From Luteolibacter sp. (GTDB lineage: Bacteria; Verrucomicrobiota; Verrucomicrobiia; Verrucomicrobiales; Akkermansiaceae): DNA of 52,223 nt. Positions 18,297 through 27,367 of this stretch are shown in pieces (position 1 is the stretch's first letter; each line of letters opens with the position of its first letter). The stretch is from NCBI GenBank assembly GCA_036824745.1, contig DAISZP010000001.1, forward strand, positions 1 through 52,223, written 5' to 3'. Under the pieces are notes generated by a model. The model ran no database searches. It was given only the letters and a program-made list of their open reading frames with translations, and had not been told where the DNA came from. Position numbers and translations under genes: made by a program.

Positions 18297-19376
18297 ATGG
18301 AAACCGAACCACTTCTTACCTTTCCCGTGATTCGCGGTCTCCAGGCGCGTCGTGAATACTACGTGGCCATGTGGAGCCTCAGAATGTTGCGCCAGATTTC
18401 GATTTTCGATGAGGACGAACTCTCCGCCGAACTCCGGGCGCAACGCACCCTCAACAAAGCCCGCATTCCCGAGATGGCGGGCTACGTGCTCGACAATCCG
18501 GATGACTACGTTTTCTCGGCCCTGACGGTGTCCATTGATTCCAACGTCCAGTTCGAGCCATTGCCCAAGCAGGACCGGCTCGGATTGTTGAAGGTGCCGA
18601 TGGAGGCGCGTTTCATCATCAATGACGGGCAGCACCGCCGGGCGGCGATCATCGAAGCGCTCGATCAGCGGCCGGAACTGGCACATGAAACCATCGCGGT
18701 CGTGTTCTTCCTCGATATTGGCCTGGAGCGTTGCCAGCAGATGTTCGCCGACCTGAACCGCCATGCCATCCGTCCCAGCCGCTCGCTCGGGTTGCTTTAC
18801 GATCACCGCAGCGACAGGGCGAAACTCGCCAAGCTGGTGATCCTGAAATCGGACGCATTTCGGGAAATTGTCGATATGGAGAAGTCGTCGCTTTCACGCT
18901 ATTCCCGAAAGCTCTTCACACTCTCAGCGTTTTGCAATGCATGCGCGGACCTGGTTTCTGGAGTGACAACCGGAAACCTGCTGGATGACGCCGAAATCGC
19001 CCGTGAGTTTTGGTCCGAGGTGGCATCGCATTTCCCCGCTTGGAGTCAGGTACGCGAAGGCAGAATCCCAGCGCGGGAACTGCGCGAAGGTTTCATCCAC
19101 TCCCATGGCATCGCACTGCAGGCTATCGGCAAGGCTGGCAATGCGCTGTTGGTCCATCATCCCGAGGATTGGAAAGAGAAACTGGCAGCCCTCGGGCAAA
19201 TCGATTGGTCCCGCTCCAATGCCAAGCTCTGGGAAGGGCGGGCGTTGATCGGAGGCAAGGTCTCCAAGGTCACCACCAACATCGTCCTCACCACCAATGT
19301 GATCAAGAAGGCTCTGGGATTTGCGCTGGACCCAGATGAATCCAAGGTCGAGGAAGCTTACCTCAAGAGAGACTGA
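18297..19376 (+). CDS. dndB: DNA sulfur modification protein DndB
   Basis: FPVIRGLQA.REYYV, RAQRTLNKARIP, YVFSALT, INDGQHR, QQMFADLNR. ATG 18297 preferred over GTG 18249. Confidence 0.93.
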   Translation: METEPLLTFPVIRGLQARREYYVAMWSLRMLRQISIFDEDELSAELRAQRTLNKARIPEMAGYVLDNPDDYVFSALTVSIDSNVQFEPLPKQDRLGLLKVPMEARFIINDGQHRRAAIIEALDQRPELAHETIAVVFFLDIGLERCQQMFADLNRHAIRPSRSLGLLYDHRSDRAKLAKLVILKSDAFREIVDMEKSSLSRYSRKLFTLSAFCNACADLVSGVTTGNLLDDAEIAREFWSEVASHFPAWSQVREGRIPARELREGFIHSHGIALQAIGKAGNALLVHHPEDWKEKLAALGQIDWSRSNAKLWEGRALIGGKVSKVTTNIVLTTNVIKKALGFALDPDESKVEEAYLKRD

Positions 19377-19418
19377 TTCCATCCGCCGTCTTGACTTTCA
19401 CCCCGCCCCAAGCCATCC

Positions 19419-20132
19419 ATGACCCATGACCCAGCCGAAAGCCCAGTTCCCGAACCCCGCCGATTTCGCGGCCCGCAAGGCCTTGGCGAACAGGCCGCCC
19501 GCGCCCTTGAGCAGGGTTCTGGCCCAGGCGAAGGCCTCGGAGCAATGGAGGAAGAATCAATCCTCCAGCGCTGGGCTGAGGAAAGCGGGTGCCTGATTCC
19601 ACTTTCCGACCTCGCACCGCACCGGGTCGTCAGCAACCAGACCTCGGAGCATGAGGTCCGTTATCGGGAGTCCGACCATCGGGCCGTCAAACGCACTTGG
19701 CCCGGCATGTTCGGTTTTGTTCCCACCAAAGGAGCTGCGGGCTGGATGCCCAGCCCGGCCAAACCCAGTGAATACCTTTTGCGGCAAGCACTCCAAAACG
19801 AACTCTTCGGTGACGAGATCCGTCTGGAAGGAGCCATCCTCGACCAAGGGCAATCCATGATCATGGGCCGCGCATCGGCCGGCTTGTCTCTTGTCATCTC
19901 CCAGCCCTGGCTGGACGCCGCCGATCCATCCGAACCCCACCCCACGGACCACCAGGTTCGCAATTACCTCCAAGCCCGGGGTTTTGAACCCTTGTTCGGT
20001 TCCTTCTTCGGCTGGCACGTCAGCGAACTTGGCATCGTGGTCCTCGATGCCAAGAACGACAATTTTGTCGCAACCGAACTTGGGATCTTCCCCATCGACC
20101 TCCAAATCGCCCAAATCCGTCCGGCGGCCTGA
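19419..20132 (+). CDS. Putative kinase of the polyvalent-protein (Kinase-PolyVal) type
   Basis: SEHEV, AVKRT (Lys), YLLR..LQNELFG, LVISQPW, DAKNDNF (catalytic-loop D-x4-N), IFPID. Confidence 0.65.
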   Translation: MTHDPAESPVPEPRRFRGPQGLGEQAARALEQGSGPGEGLGAMEEESILQRWAEESGCLIPLSDLAPHRVVSNQTSEHEVRYRESDHRAVKRTWPGMFGFVPTKGAAGWMPSPAKPSEYLLRQALQNELFGDEIRLEGAILDQGQSMIMGRASAGLSLVISQPWLDAADPSEPHPTDHQVRNYLQARGFEPLFGSFFGWHVSELGIVVLDAKNDNFVATELGIFPIDLQIAQIRPAA

Positions 20133-20161
20133 TCCTCTCCACAGCTCACGATTATCCTCGT

Positions 20162-20193
20162 CATTTCAGTTTCTCAGCATTTCAGAATCTCAG
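20162..20193 (+). repeat. Four tandem 8-bp units (CATTTCAG TTTCTCAG CATTTCAG AATCTCAG)
   Basis: Read directly between the kinase stop and the dndC start. Confidence 0.75.
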
Positions 20194-20207
20194 CTTTTTC
20201 CATACAA

Positions 20208-21812
20208 ATGCCTTCAAAAGCAAAACCCGCAAAATCAACACCGGACCTTCTTCCTGACGAAGCACCACGCCCCGTCCGCTACTCGGCCTTCAATGAGTTC
20301 GGATTCAAGGAAACCATTCAGGCGCTCTGTGAGGAAATCCGTGAACTCTACTTAGCAGATCAAGTGCCTTGGATCATCGGCTACTCTGGCGGAAAGGATT
20401 CAACGGCTGTGCTCCAGTTGATTTGGCTGGCCATCCGGGAAATTCCGCTCGTGGAGCGGACGAAGATCATCAACGTCATTTCCACCGACACGCTTGTGGA
20501 GAATCCGATTGTGGCGTCTTGGGTGTCTCAATCGCTGGCGGTCATGAAAAAAGCCGCTGTCGAACAACAACTTCCAATTCGTCCTCACCGACTCACTCCA
20601 GACGTATCCAGCACTTTCTGGGTGAATCTGATTGGCAGAGGATACCCGGCACCGCGGCACAAGTTCCGTTGGTGCACTGAGAGACTCAAGATCAGGCCGT
20701 CTAACACGTTCATCAATTCCATCGTGAAGTCCAGTGGCGAGGCCATCCTTGTTCTTGGCACTCGCAAGCTTGAAAGCTCACGTCGTGCGGCAAATATGAA
20801 GCGGCATGAAAAAGGACGAGTCCGTGAACGCTTGAGTCCGAATTCAAGTCTGCCTGGATCGCTGGTTTACACTCCTGTCGAAGACTGGTCGAACGATGAC
20901 GTCTGGTTCTTCCTGATGCAGGAGAAAAATCCGTGGGGATACAACAATCGTGATCTGTTGGGAATGTATGCGGGAGCAACCGCCGATGGCGAGTGCCCGC
21001 TTGTTGTCGACTCTTCTACTCCCTCATGCGGTGATTCCCGGTTTGGATGCTGGGTTTGCACGTTGGTCGAGCAGGACAAGTCGATGACTGCGATGATCCA
21101 GAATGACGAGGAGAAGGAATGGATGATGCCGTTGCTGGACCTGCGGAATGCTCTGGACTTCAGAAATGGTGATTCTCGTGAAGAGCAAGAGAACACAGAC
21201 CGACACCTTCGGGATTTCCGGAGAATGAGCGGAGCCGTCAACATGATGGCGGGAGGCCGACCGATTCCCGGCCCCTACACCCAATCCTCCCGCGAAGAAT
21301 GGCTTCGCAAACTGCTGGGAGCCCAGGTCCACATTCGCAAGCACGGCCCGCCGGATGTCCGTGGCATCGAGCTGATCACCATGGAGGAACTCCAGGAGAT
21401 CCGCAGAATCTGGGTGGTGGACAAACACGAACTGGAGGACTCGCTGCCGCGGATCTATCAAGATGTGACCGGCGAGGTTTATCCTGGCGCGCCCCTGGAT
21501 GACGATCTGGTGCTCGGGGCCTCGGAGATGGCGATCCTGGCAGAGGCCTGCGGCGACGACCGGCTGCATTACGAGCTGTCCCGCGAACTACTGAGCATCA
21601 CCCGCCAGCAGCGCAACGCCGCCCGGCGCTCCCGTCTCCATGAAAACATGGAGACCACCTTCAAGAAACACTTCTACGACAGCGAGGAGGATGCCCTCAC
21701 CCGAGCCCGTACGATTGCCGAAGAGCGGACGCGCCGCAAGCAACGCGATGCCTCCCTGCCCGGCCAGTCCGGAGAAACCGCCGCCTCCGAATCCACTTTT
21801 GAACCGATATGA
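20208..21812 (+). CDS. dndC: DNA phosphorothioation sulfurtransferase DndC (PAPS-reductase fold)
   Basis: PWIIGYSGGKDS, DTLVENP, RWCTERLKI, GECPLV, SRFGCWVCT, GPYT. Confidence 0.95.
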   Translation: MPSKAKPAKSTPDLLPDEAPRPVRYSAFNEFGFKETIQALCEEIRELYLADQVPWIIGYSGGKDSTAVLQLIWLAIREIPLVERTKIINVISTDTLVENPIVASWVSQSLAVMKKAAVEQQLPIRPHRLTPDVSSTFWVNLIGRGYPAPRHKFRWCTERLKIRPSNTFINSIVKSSGEAILVLGTRKLESSRRAANMKRHEKGRVRERLSPNSSLPGSLVYTPVEDWSNDDVWFFLMQEKNPWGYNNRDLLGMYAGATADGECPLVVDSSTPSCGDSRFGCWVCTLVEQDKSMTAMIQNDEEKEWMMPLLDLRNALDFRNGDSREEQENTDRHLRDFRRMSGAVNMMAGGRPIPGPYTQSSREEWLRKLLGAQVHIRKHGPPDVRGIELITMEELQEIRRIWVVDKHELEDSLPRIYQDVTGEVYPGAPLDDDLVLGASEMAILAEACGDDRLHYELSRELLSITRQQRNAARRSRLHENMETTFKKHFYDSEEDALTRARTIAEERTRRKQRDASLPGQSGETAASESTFEPI

Positions 21813-23737
21813 TTCTCGACACCATCCGCCTCGAAAACTTCGGGGCTTACGAGGGCACGCAGGAGGCCCAGCTCACCCCGCAGGACGACAAACCCGTGGT
21901 CCTGTTCGGCGGGATGAACGGCGGCGGCAAGACCACCTTGCTCGATGCCCTGCAACTCGCGCTCTACGGCTCCCGCGCCAAGATTTCCAACCGCGGCCGC
22001 ATGGGCTACAAGGACTACCTTCGCGAGTCCATCCACCGCAATGCCGATCCCGGCGAGGGGGCCGGGGTGATCCTCCGCTTCCGCCGCACCGTGCAGGGGC
22101 AGATCGCCCAGTTCGAATTGCAGCGCACCTGGCGCGTCGGCGTGAAAGGCGTGGAGGAAACCTTCCGCGTACTCAAGGATGGCGAGTATGACTCGATCTT
22201 CACCGACCACTGGGACGAGGTGATCGAATCCTATCTCCCGGTGGGGATTTCGAACCTGTTCTTCTTTGATGGTGAGCAGATCAAGGATCTTGCGGAAGGA
22301 GGGAACGCAGCGACCATTCTCGGCACCGCGATCAGCTCGCTGCTCGGGCTGGATCTGGTGGACCGCCTGGATTCCGACCTGCGCGTGTTCGAGCGTCGGA
22401 AACGGGAGGAAGGATTGGATCCAGCCACAGCGCGGCAGCTCGCCCAAGCCCGACAGGAGGTGGAACAGCTCGACAGCGAGCAGGAACGCCTCGCACTTGA
22501 GATCGGCGGGCTGGTGAATGAATGCGGTCGTCTCGGCAAGGATCTCCGGGACAAGGAGAAGCGCTTCAAGGAAGAGGGCGGCGAACTGTTCCTCAAGCGC
22601 ACCGAGCTGGAACGCGAGCTGAACGAATTGATCCGCAGGAAGCAGGACGCCGAGAACTCGCTGCGCGAATCGGCCGCCGGCCATCTGCCCTTCCTGATGG
22701 TGGACTCCCTGCTTGCGGAGGTCCAGACGCAGGCCGACAAAGAAGGCGAGATCCGTCACAACCAGTTGCTGGTGGAAGCCATGGAAGAGCGGGATGCCGA
22801 AATTCTTGAACTGCTGGAAACCGAGAAGATTCCCAAGGGCACCATCCGCAGTGTGGCATCTGTCTTGAAAAGCGATCGCAAACATCGTCTGGACATGGCG
22901 AAGGAGGAACTGTTGTTCGATGCGGATCCCCAGTTCGCCGCGCACGTCTCCTTGCTGCGCTCCAAGCTGCTGCCGGAGGCCGAACAAAACGCCCGCAACC
23001 TCATGCGGGACATCGGCATTCTGGAGGAGAAAATCGCCCGTGTGGAGGCGGAGAAATTCCGTGTTCCAGCAAAAGAGAGTATCGAGCAGTTGCAAACCGA
23101 TGTGGACGAGGCCCGCAAGGCCCATGCCACCAAGATGGCTGAGCATGACGCGCTCAAGATCCGCGCTGATGTACTCGCCCGGCAGCGCAAGGAAGCCGAG
23201 GCCCGGCTGGATCGTTTCGGCGACAAGGAGATCGACGCGAAAGTGGCCGAGGACGACCGCCTGCGGATGCTCCGCCACTCGGCCCGCGTGCGCGAAACGA
23301 TGGCCCGGTTCCGCACCAAGGTGATCGAGCGCCACGTCTCCACCATGGAGTCGCTCATGCTGGAATCTTTCCGCACGCTGCTGCGCAAGAAGGACATCGT
23401 CCACGGGCTCCGCATTGATCCGGAAACCTTCCAGGTTACGCTGACTGGTGCCAACAACCAGCCGCTGCCCTTCGACCGCCTCTCGGCGGGCGAACGCCAG
23501 TTGCTCGCCACGGCCCTGCTCTGGGGACTCGCCCGCGCCTCTGGTCGCCCCATCCCGACGGTCATCGACACACCGCTCGGCCGACTTGATTCCTCACATC
23601 GCCAGCACCTGGTGGAGCGCTACTTCCCGTCCGCCTCCCATCAGGTTCTCCTGCCCTCCACCGACGAGGAAATCGTCGGCTCCTACCACAAGTCTCTCAA
23701 ACCGGCGGTGGCCCGCCATTACCTGCTCGCCGCATAA
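21809..23737 (+). CDS. dndD: DndD SMC-like ATPase, probably missing its last residues
   Basis: Walker A GMNGGGKTT, FFFDGEQI, LSAGE, VIDTPLGRLDS.HR, ASHQV..STDEEI. ATGA overlap with dndC. Ends abruptly HYLLAA* without the usual terminal ...GYF strand. Confidence 0.92.
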   Translation: MILDTIRLENFGAYEGTQEAQLTPQDDKPVVLFGGMNGGGKTTLLDALQLALYGSRAKISNRGRMGYKDYLRESIHRNADPGEGAGVILRFRRTVQGQIAQFELQRTWRVGVKGVEETFRVLKDGEYDSIFTDHWDEVIESYLPVGISNLFFFDGEQIKDLAEGGNAATILGTAISSLLGLDLVDRLDSDLRVFERRKREEGLDPATARQLAQARQEVEQLDSEQERLALEIGGLVNECGRLGKDLRDKEKRFKEEGGELFLKRTELERELNELIRRKQDAENSLRESAAGHLPFLMVDSLLAEVQTQADKEGEIRHNQLLVEAMEERDAEILELLETEKIPKGTIRSVASVLKSDRKHRLDMAKEELLFDADPQFAAHVSLLRSKLLPEAEQNARNLMRDIGILEEKIARVEAEKFRVPAKESIEQLQTDVDEARKAHATKMAEHDALKIRADVLARQRKEAEARLDRFGDKEIDAKVAEDDRLRMLRHSARVRETMARFRTKVIERHVSTMESLMLESFRTLLRKKDIVHGLRIDPETFQVTLTGANNQPLPFDRLSAGERQLLATALLWGLARASGRPIPTVIDTPLGRLDSSHRQHLVERYFPSASHQVLLPSTDEEIVGSYHKSLKPAVARHYLLAA

Positions 23738-23782
23738 AGATGGTGGCGCTGAACGGAAATCCTTTCGCCTTTTCAAAACGCC

Positions 23783-24847
23783 ATGAATCCGGATGTTGAC
23801 TCTCTTCAAATAGGTAAGCCGTCACAAGAACCGCCATCCTATCCCGGCATTCTTTCGATCGAGTTTCCTGCGATTGCATCGCTTCATGGAAACCGGAAAC
23901 AGTTTATCGCAACCTGGCCATTGATCGTAATCCGCCGCATACTTGGAATCTTTGCTGAAGGATTGGAGCGGGATACGTCTTCGCGCTTGGATCTTCGTCT
24001 GGCTGAAAATCTAGCCAAAGTTTGGCGCGATAAATCGACTGCGTTTAGTCCCGATCCGCTTTGCATCGCTGTCAACGAGACCATCGCCTTCAACCCATTG
24101 GATGAGAATCCCATTAACTGCATTGGGACGCTGCGCTTGCCACAAGATGCGATTCTCGACGTTTGTGATGGCCTTCACCGGTTGGCGGCACTCAATCATT
24201 GCCAGCTCCTTTCCTCGGAAATGAAGGAGATCAGCTGGCCTATCCACTTCATCAGTGTCCGCAATACGGAGGATCTCGTGGCCGTGAAGAAACACTACGA
24301 GTTCCTCAGGAACATCTCGCGCCCCGTGCAAGAAACGAAACGAGGGGCCGCAAACCGCTGGGTTCGCGAGATTGTGACGGGATCACGTTTTCTCTCGCAT
24401 GCAGTTGCGATTGGGAAAACATCACTGGCACCGAAGAATGCGAAACTTTGGGCCGAATCAGCCCTGTCGCGTGCGATGCGGAAACAATTAGAGAAGACCG
24501 TAGCGGTGCCCTCGAGTGTTTCCGCAAAGAATTGGTCAACTGTTTGGGATGCTATCGGCGAATCGGTCGATGAACTCAAAAAATATTCAGGCGGTGAGCT
24601 TCGCGCCGAATGCATCCGCGCTAACACAATCTTGGCATCAGCGTCGATAGTCGTGGCGCTCTCTGAAGTTGCTTTTGAATTGCTCAGCCACGATCCGACC
24701 TGCATCGGAAAAAAGTTGGAAACGCTCAATGAACACGATTGGAGCAGGAGATTCAAGGAATCGGAGTTCGATCTCCCGCGGGAAGAGCGGGAAGCCATAT
24801 GGAGCCGGAGATTGCTGGACGTATGCGGATTATCCCCTCAGGAATGA
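23783..24847 (+). CDS. Divergent DndB/DGQHR-family protein (DGLHR variant)
   Basis: FPAI, IGTLRLP..DVCDGLHRLAAL, and GKTSLAPKNAKL parallel DndB motifs. Occupies the position where dndE normally lies. Confidence 0.7.
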   Translation: MNPDVDSLQIGKPSQEPPSYPGILSIEFPAIASLHGNRKQFIATWPLIVIRRILGIFAEGLERDTSSRLDLRLAENLAKVWRDKSTAFSPDPLCIAVNETIAFNPLDENPINCIGTLRLPQDAILDVCDGLHRLAALNHCQLLSSEMKEISWPIHFISVRNTEDLVAVKKHYEFLRNISRPVQETKRGAANRWVREIVTGSRFLSHAVAIGKTSLAPKNAKLWAESALSRAMRKQLEKTVAVPSSVSAKNWSTVWDAIGESVDELKKYSGGELRAECIRANTILASASIVVALSEVAFELLSHDPTCIGKKLETLNEHDWSRRFKESEFDLPREEREAIWSRRLLDVCGLSPQE

Positions 24848-24866
24848 ACAAGTAACGCCACCAAGT

Positions 24867-25793
24867 ATGAGCACCCCGGAAGCAAGGCAATTTTGGCTTG
24901 GAAAACTCGCGAACCTCAATACGGCCCGGCCCGACAAGGGAGGTCTACCACCACACAAGCCGATCATGCTGCTTTGCGTGATGGAGATGATCGAAGATGG
25001 GATCATCAAGGACCGGTGGGTGCCCTACGGGGCGGATCTTGTGATGCGGTTCAAGAATTTCTGGCCGCTTGTCCAGGAACGCCGGGGAAACAGGCCTGAT
25101 ATCCCGATGCCGTTTCACGCTTTGGGAAGTCATCGCGACGCTATCTGGAAAACATGCGCCGAAGATGGCACGCCGTCCGGATCTCGGGATACCACCCGGT
25201 TGTGTTGTCTTGATCCGGTGCTTTATGATCTGCTGCAAGATCCATCTTTTCGTGCTGAAGCGCGGAAGGTGCTGGTTGAGGCCTATTTCCCCCCTTTGGA
25301 GAAATTCGCCTTTTATGTCAGGCTCGGCATGAAGGAACCAGAGTCGGACGACCTAACCAAACTGCGGGAAGATTCGGTCGAGTATCGAATTTCCATCCAC
25401 CGGGCAAGAGATCAGAAGTTCAAAAGCTTGGTGCTTAACGGCTACTACCAGACGTGTGCACTGACAGGTGTCAGACTCATATCCGAGGAGGGTTGCATGG
25501 TGCACGCCGCTCACATCCACCAACATGCGAGAAGCGGCAACGATGATCCCAAAAACGGATTGGCTCTGACCCCAGACGCACATTGGCTTTTTGACGCTGG
25601 TCTTTGGACTGTCGTTTGCCGCGATAACGGCTTTTTTATTAAAGTCGCGCTGGACCGATTCAAGGAGTCCTCTCCCGCAGGTCCCCGCGTTGCCCCATAC
25701 CACGACCAGCCGCTTAAATTTCACAAGCATTCGCTGCTCCGGCCGGATCCCCGGCATTTCGAGTGGCATAGGCGGGAACACCGATTTGAATGA
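24867..25793 (+). CDS. HNH endonuclease with putative N-terminal sulfur-binding domain (ScoMcrA/SprMcrA-like, PT-dependent restriction)
   Basis: PPHKPIMLL and MPFHAL resemble the SBD H-[RK]-P and Y-P-F-x-x-L motifs. C-terminal R.Q.FK..VL..Y..CALTG..AAHI..NGLAL...HWLFD HNH domain. Confidence 0.78.
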   Translation: MSTPEARQFWLGKLANLNTARPDKGGLPPHKPIMLLCVMEMIEDGIIKDRWVPYGADLVMRFKNFWPLVQERRGNRPDIPMPFHALGSHRDAIWKTCAEDGTPSGSRDTTRLCCLDPVLYDLLQDPSFRAEARKVLVEAYFPPLEKFAFYVRLGMKEPESDDLTKLREDSVEYRISIHRARDQKFKSLVLNGYYQTCALTGVRLISEEGCMVHAAHIHQHARSGNDDPKNGLALTPDAHWLFDAGLWTVVCRDNGFFIKVALDRFKESSPAGPRVAPYHDQPLKFHKHSLLRPDPRHFEWHRREHRFE

Positions 25794-25962
25794 CACTGGT
25801 CAGCGCATGATCGACGCTCCAAACGACCAAGCCGCCAAAAGGGAAACCGTCTTGGCTTGGTTGCGCAGTCCTTGAAATCGGGATTTCGGCATGGCATGCG
25901 GATTCACAACTCGCACGTAATCAATGAGGCCGCAAAAAAACCTTTTTCCCCGGCGGGCGGAT

Positions 25963-26156
25963 CTTTTGTCTGCCGGGCTAGACCCAGCCACCGGAATTGC
26001 GACCTTTTGTCTGCCGGGACGGACCCGGCTACCCGGAGTGTGGAGCATCCGACCGCCGGGCATGGTCCGGCATCCGTTTGCCGAACCTTTCGTCTGCCGG
26101 ATCCGGCCCTGTGTCCCGGAGAGCGGCCCGTTTGTCTGCCAGAGGCAGACAAACGG
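25963..26156. repeat. Degenerate 41-42-bp-period repeat ending in a perfect 13-bp hairpin
   Basis: Core CTTTTGTCTGCCGGG variants start at 25963, 26004, 26046, 26087 and 26129. Stem CCGTTTGTCTGCC-AGA-GGCAGACAAACGG at 26128-26156. Confidence 0.65.
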
Positions 26157-26373
26157 CCCATTTTGCGATCCCCGGCGCTGCGGAGGCCGACCGACTGCCT
26201 GAATGCCCGATGCCGTTGTCTGTTCGTTGTGAACATTTGCGGCGCTCAGCCACCAAGGAGGCTGGTGCACGCTTGACAACACGCCATCTAATTTGGGAGA
26301 CAATTCTAGCATTTTGGTGAGTTCGCCAACATGCCTCAATTCGGACACTGACAACACATCACCTACCACCACC

Positions 26374-27279
26374 ATGCCCCTATCCTGGCAAATTACCGAA
26401 GCCCGCGCTCTTCAAACTCAAGGCGTATGGGCGCTATCAAGTGCATTCACAGTCGCCGGTTCCGGTCTGACGGATCATGCGAATCTCCTTGGCGATCTGA
26501 GGAACAGCGCGGTCGGCGCCGAGAATGCCGCCAATCTGCTCGATACCGAAGATGGAATTCTCCGCACGGAATACGAGTTCTTCCGGAAGATGAATGTAGC
26601 CATTGCTGGACGTCTGGACAGCGAAGTTCCGGATGAAGATCCGCTCCAACGCGATGTCGATCAAATCCGCACCGCGCCTGATAGTCGTGCCGCCATCGAC
26701 GAGCGTACGCTGAAAACCATTGCCTGCTGGCAAAAGGTCAATGCGACATTGCCGAACCCGATCGTTGTCCGCGGCACGACTGCAGCGGTCTATGAAACCC
26801 GCTGGAACGCATTGCCTCCAAAGCGGCAGTCCCGTGAGACCAAAGCAGGCGACTGGCGGGTAGCAGCTAGCAACCTTCGCGCGGTGGACCGCAGCCTTGA
26901 TCGCCTCAACAAGACTTGGTATCAGGCATGGGCAAGCGAGTTTCCATCCGGCACACCTGAGGGGGATGCACTGGCAGGCGTTGACACCGAGTCCGGCACG
27001 GCAGCGCCCGAGATCTTGGAGATTGCGGCCATCGTTCAGCAGGGGCTCTCGCTCAAGGTCACTTATGTTCCCGACACCGGTGCCCACGCCACGGTCCTGA
27101 ATTTACAATTCTTGGTGGAAGGAGTGAACGGTGATTTCCAAACCGTGAAAGCAGAACCGGCCACTGGAAATGTGATCGGCCCGTTTGCTCAAGGTCAGAT
27201 TGTCCGCATCCGCACCGACGTCGGCAATAGCCGTGACCACTCCGAACTCAGTGCCGAACAGGCGGTTACCATCGCCTGA
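26374..27279 (+). CDS. Hypothetical protein (helical N-terminal part, beta-rich Ig/FN3-like C-terminus)
   Basis: Clean ORF from ATG 26374, followed by a terminator-like hairpin. The domain call is weak. Confidence 0.7.
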   Translation: MPLSWQITEARALQTQGVWALSSAFTVAGSGLTDHANLLGDLRNSAVGAENAANLLDTEDGILRTEYEFFRKMNVAIAGRLDSEVPDEDPLQRDVDQIRTAPDSRAAIDERTLKTIACWQKVNATLPNPIVVRGTTAAVYETRWNALPPKRQSRETKAGDWRVAASNLRAVDRSLDRLNKTWYQAWASEFPSGTPEGDALAGVDTESGTAAPEILEIAAIVQQGLSLKVTYVPDTGAHATVLNLQFLVEGVNGDFQTVKAEPATGNVIGPFAQGQIVRIRTDVGNSRDHSELSAEQAVTIA

Positions 27280-27298
27280 ATAGGAAGCGATTCGTCTC

Positions 27299-27345
27299 AA
27301 ATGCCCGCGAATGAGTTGAATCTCAGGCGCGGGCATTTCTGTTTC
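27299..27345 (+). terminator. Probable intrinsic terminator
   Basis: 11-bp stem AAATGCCCGCG/CGCGGGCATTT followed by a T-rich tail, between convergent genes. Confidence 0.55.
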
Positions 27346-27367
27346 TGAATTTGGAACCTCAATCAAC

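Noticed and set aside
23738..24847. dndE at its usual position
   Set aside because: The ORF here is a 354-aa DndB-like protein. No short DndE-like ORF was recognised in the window.
25963..26156. CRISPR array
   Set aside because: Units are degenerate, the period is too short for repeat plus spacer, and no cas genes are present.
26221..26278. TGTTC-N5-GAACA as a LexA box, and TTGACA at 26273 as a -35 element
   Set aside because: The spacer is one base longer than the N4 motif recalled for Verrucomicrobia, and no -10 element lies at the proper distance.
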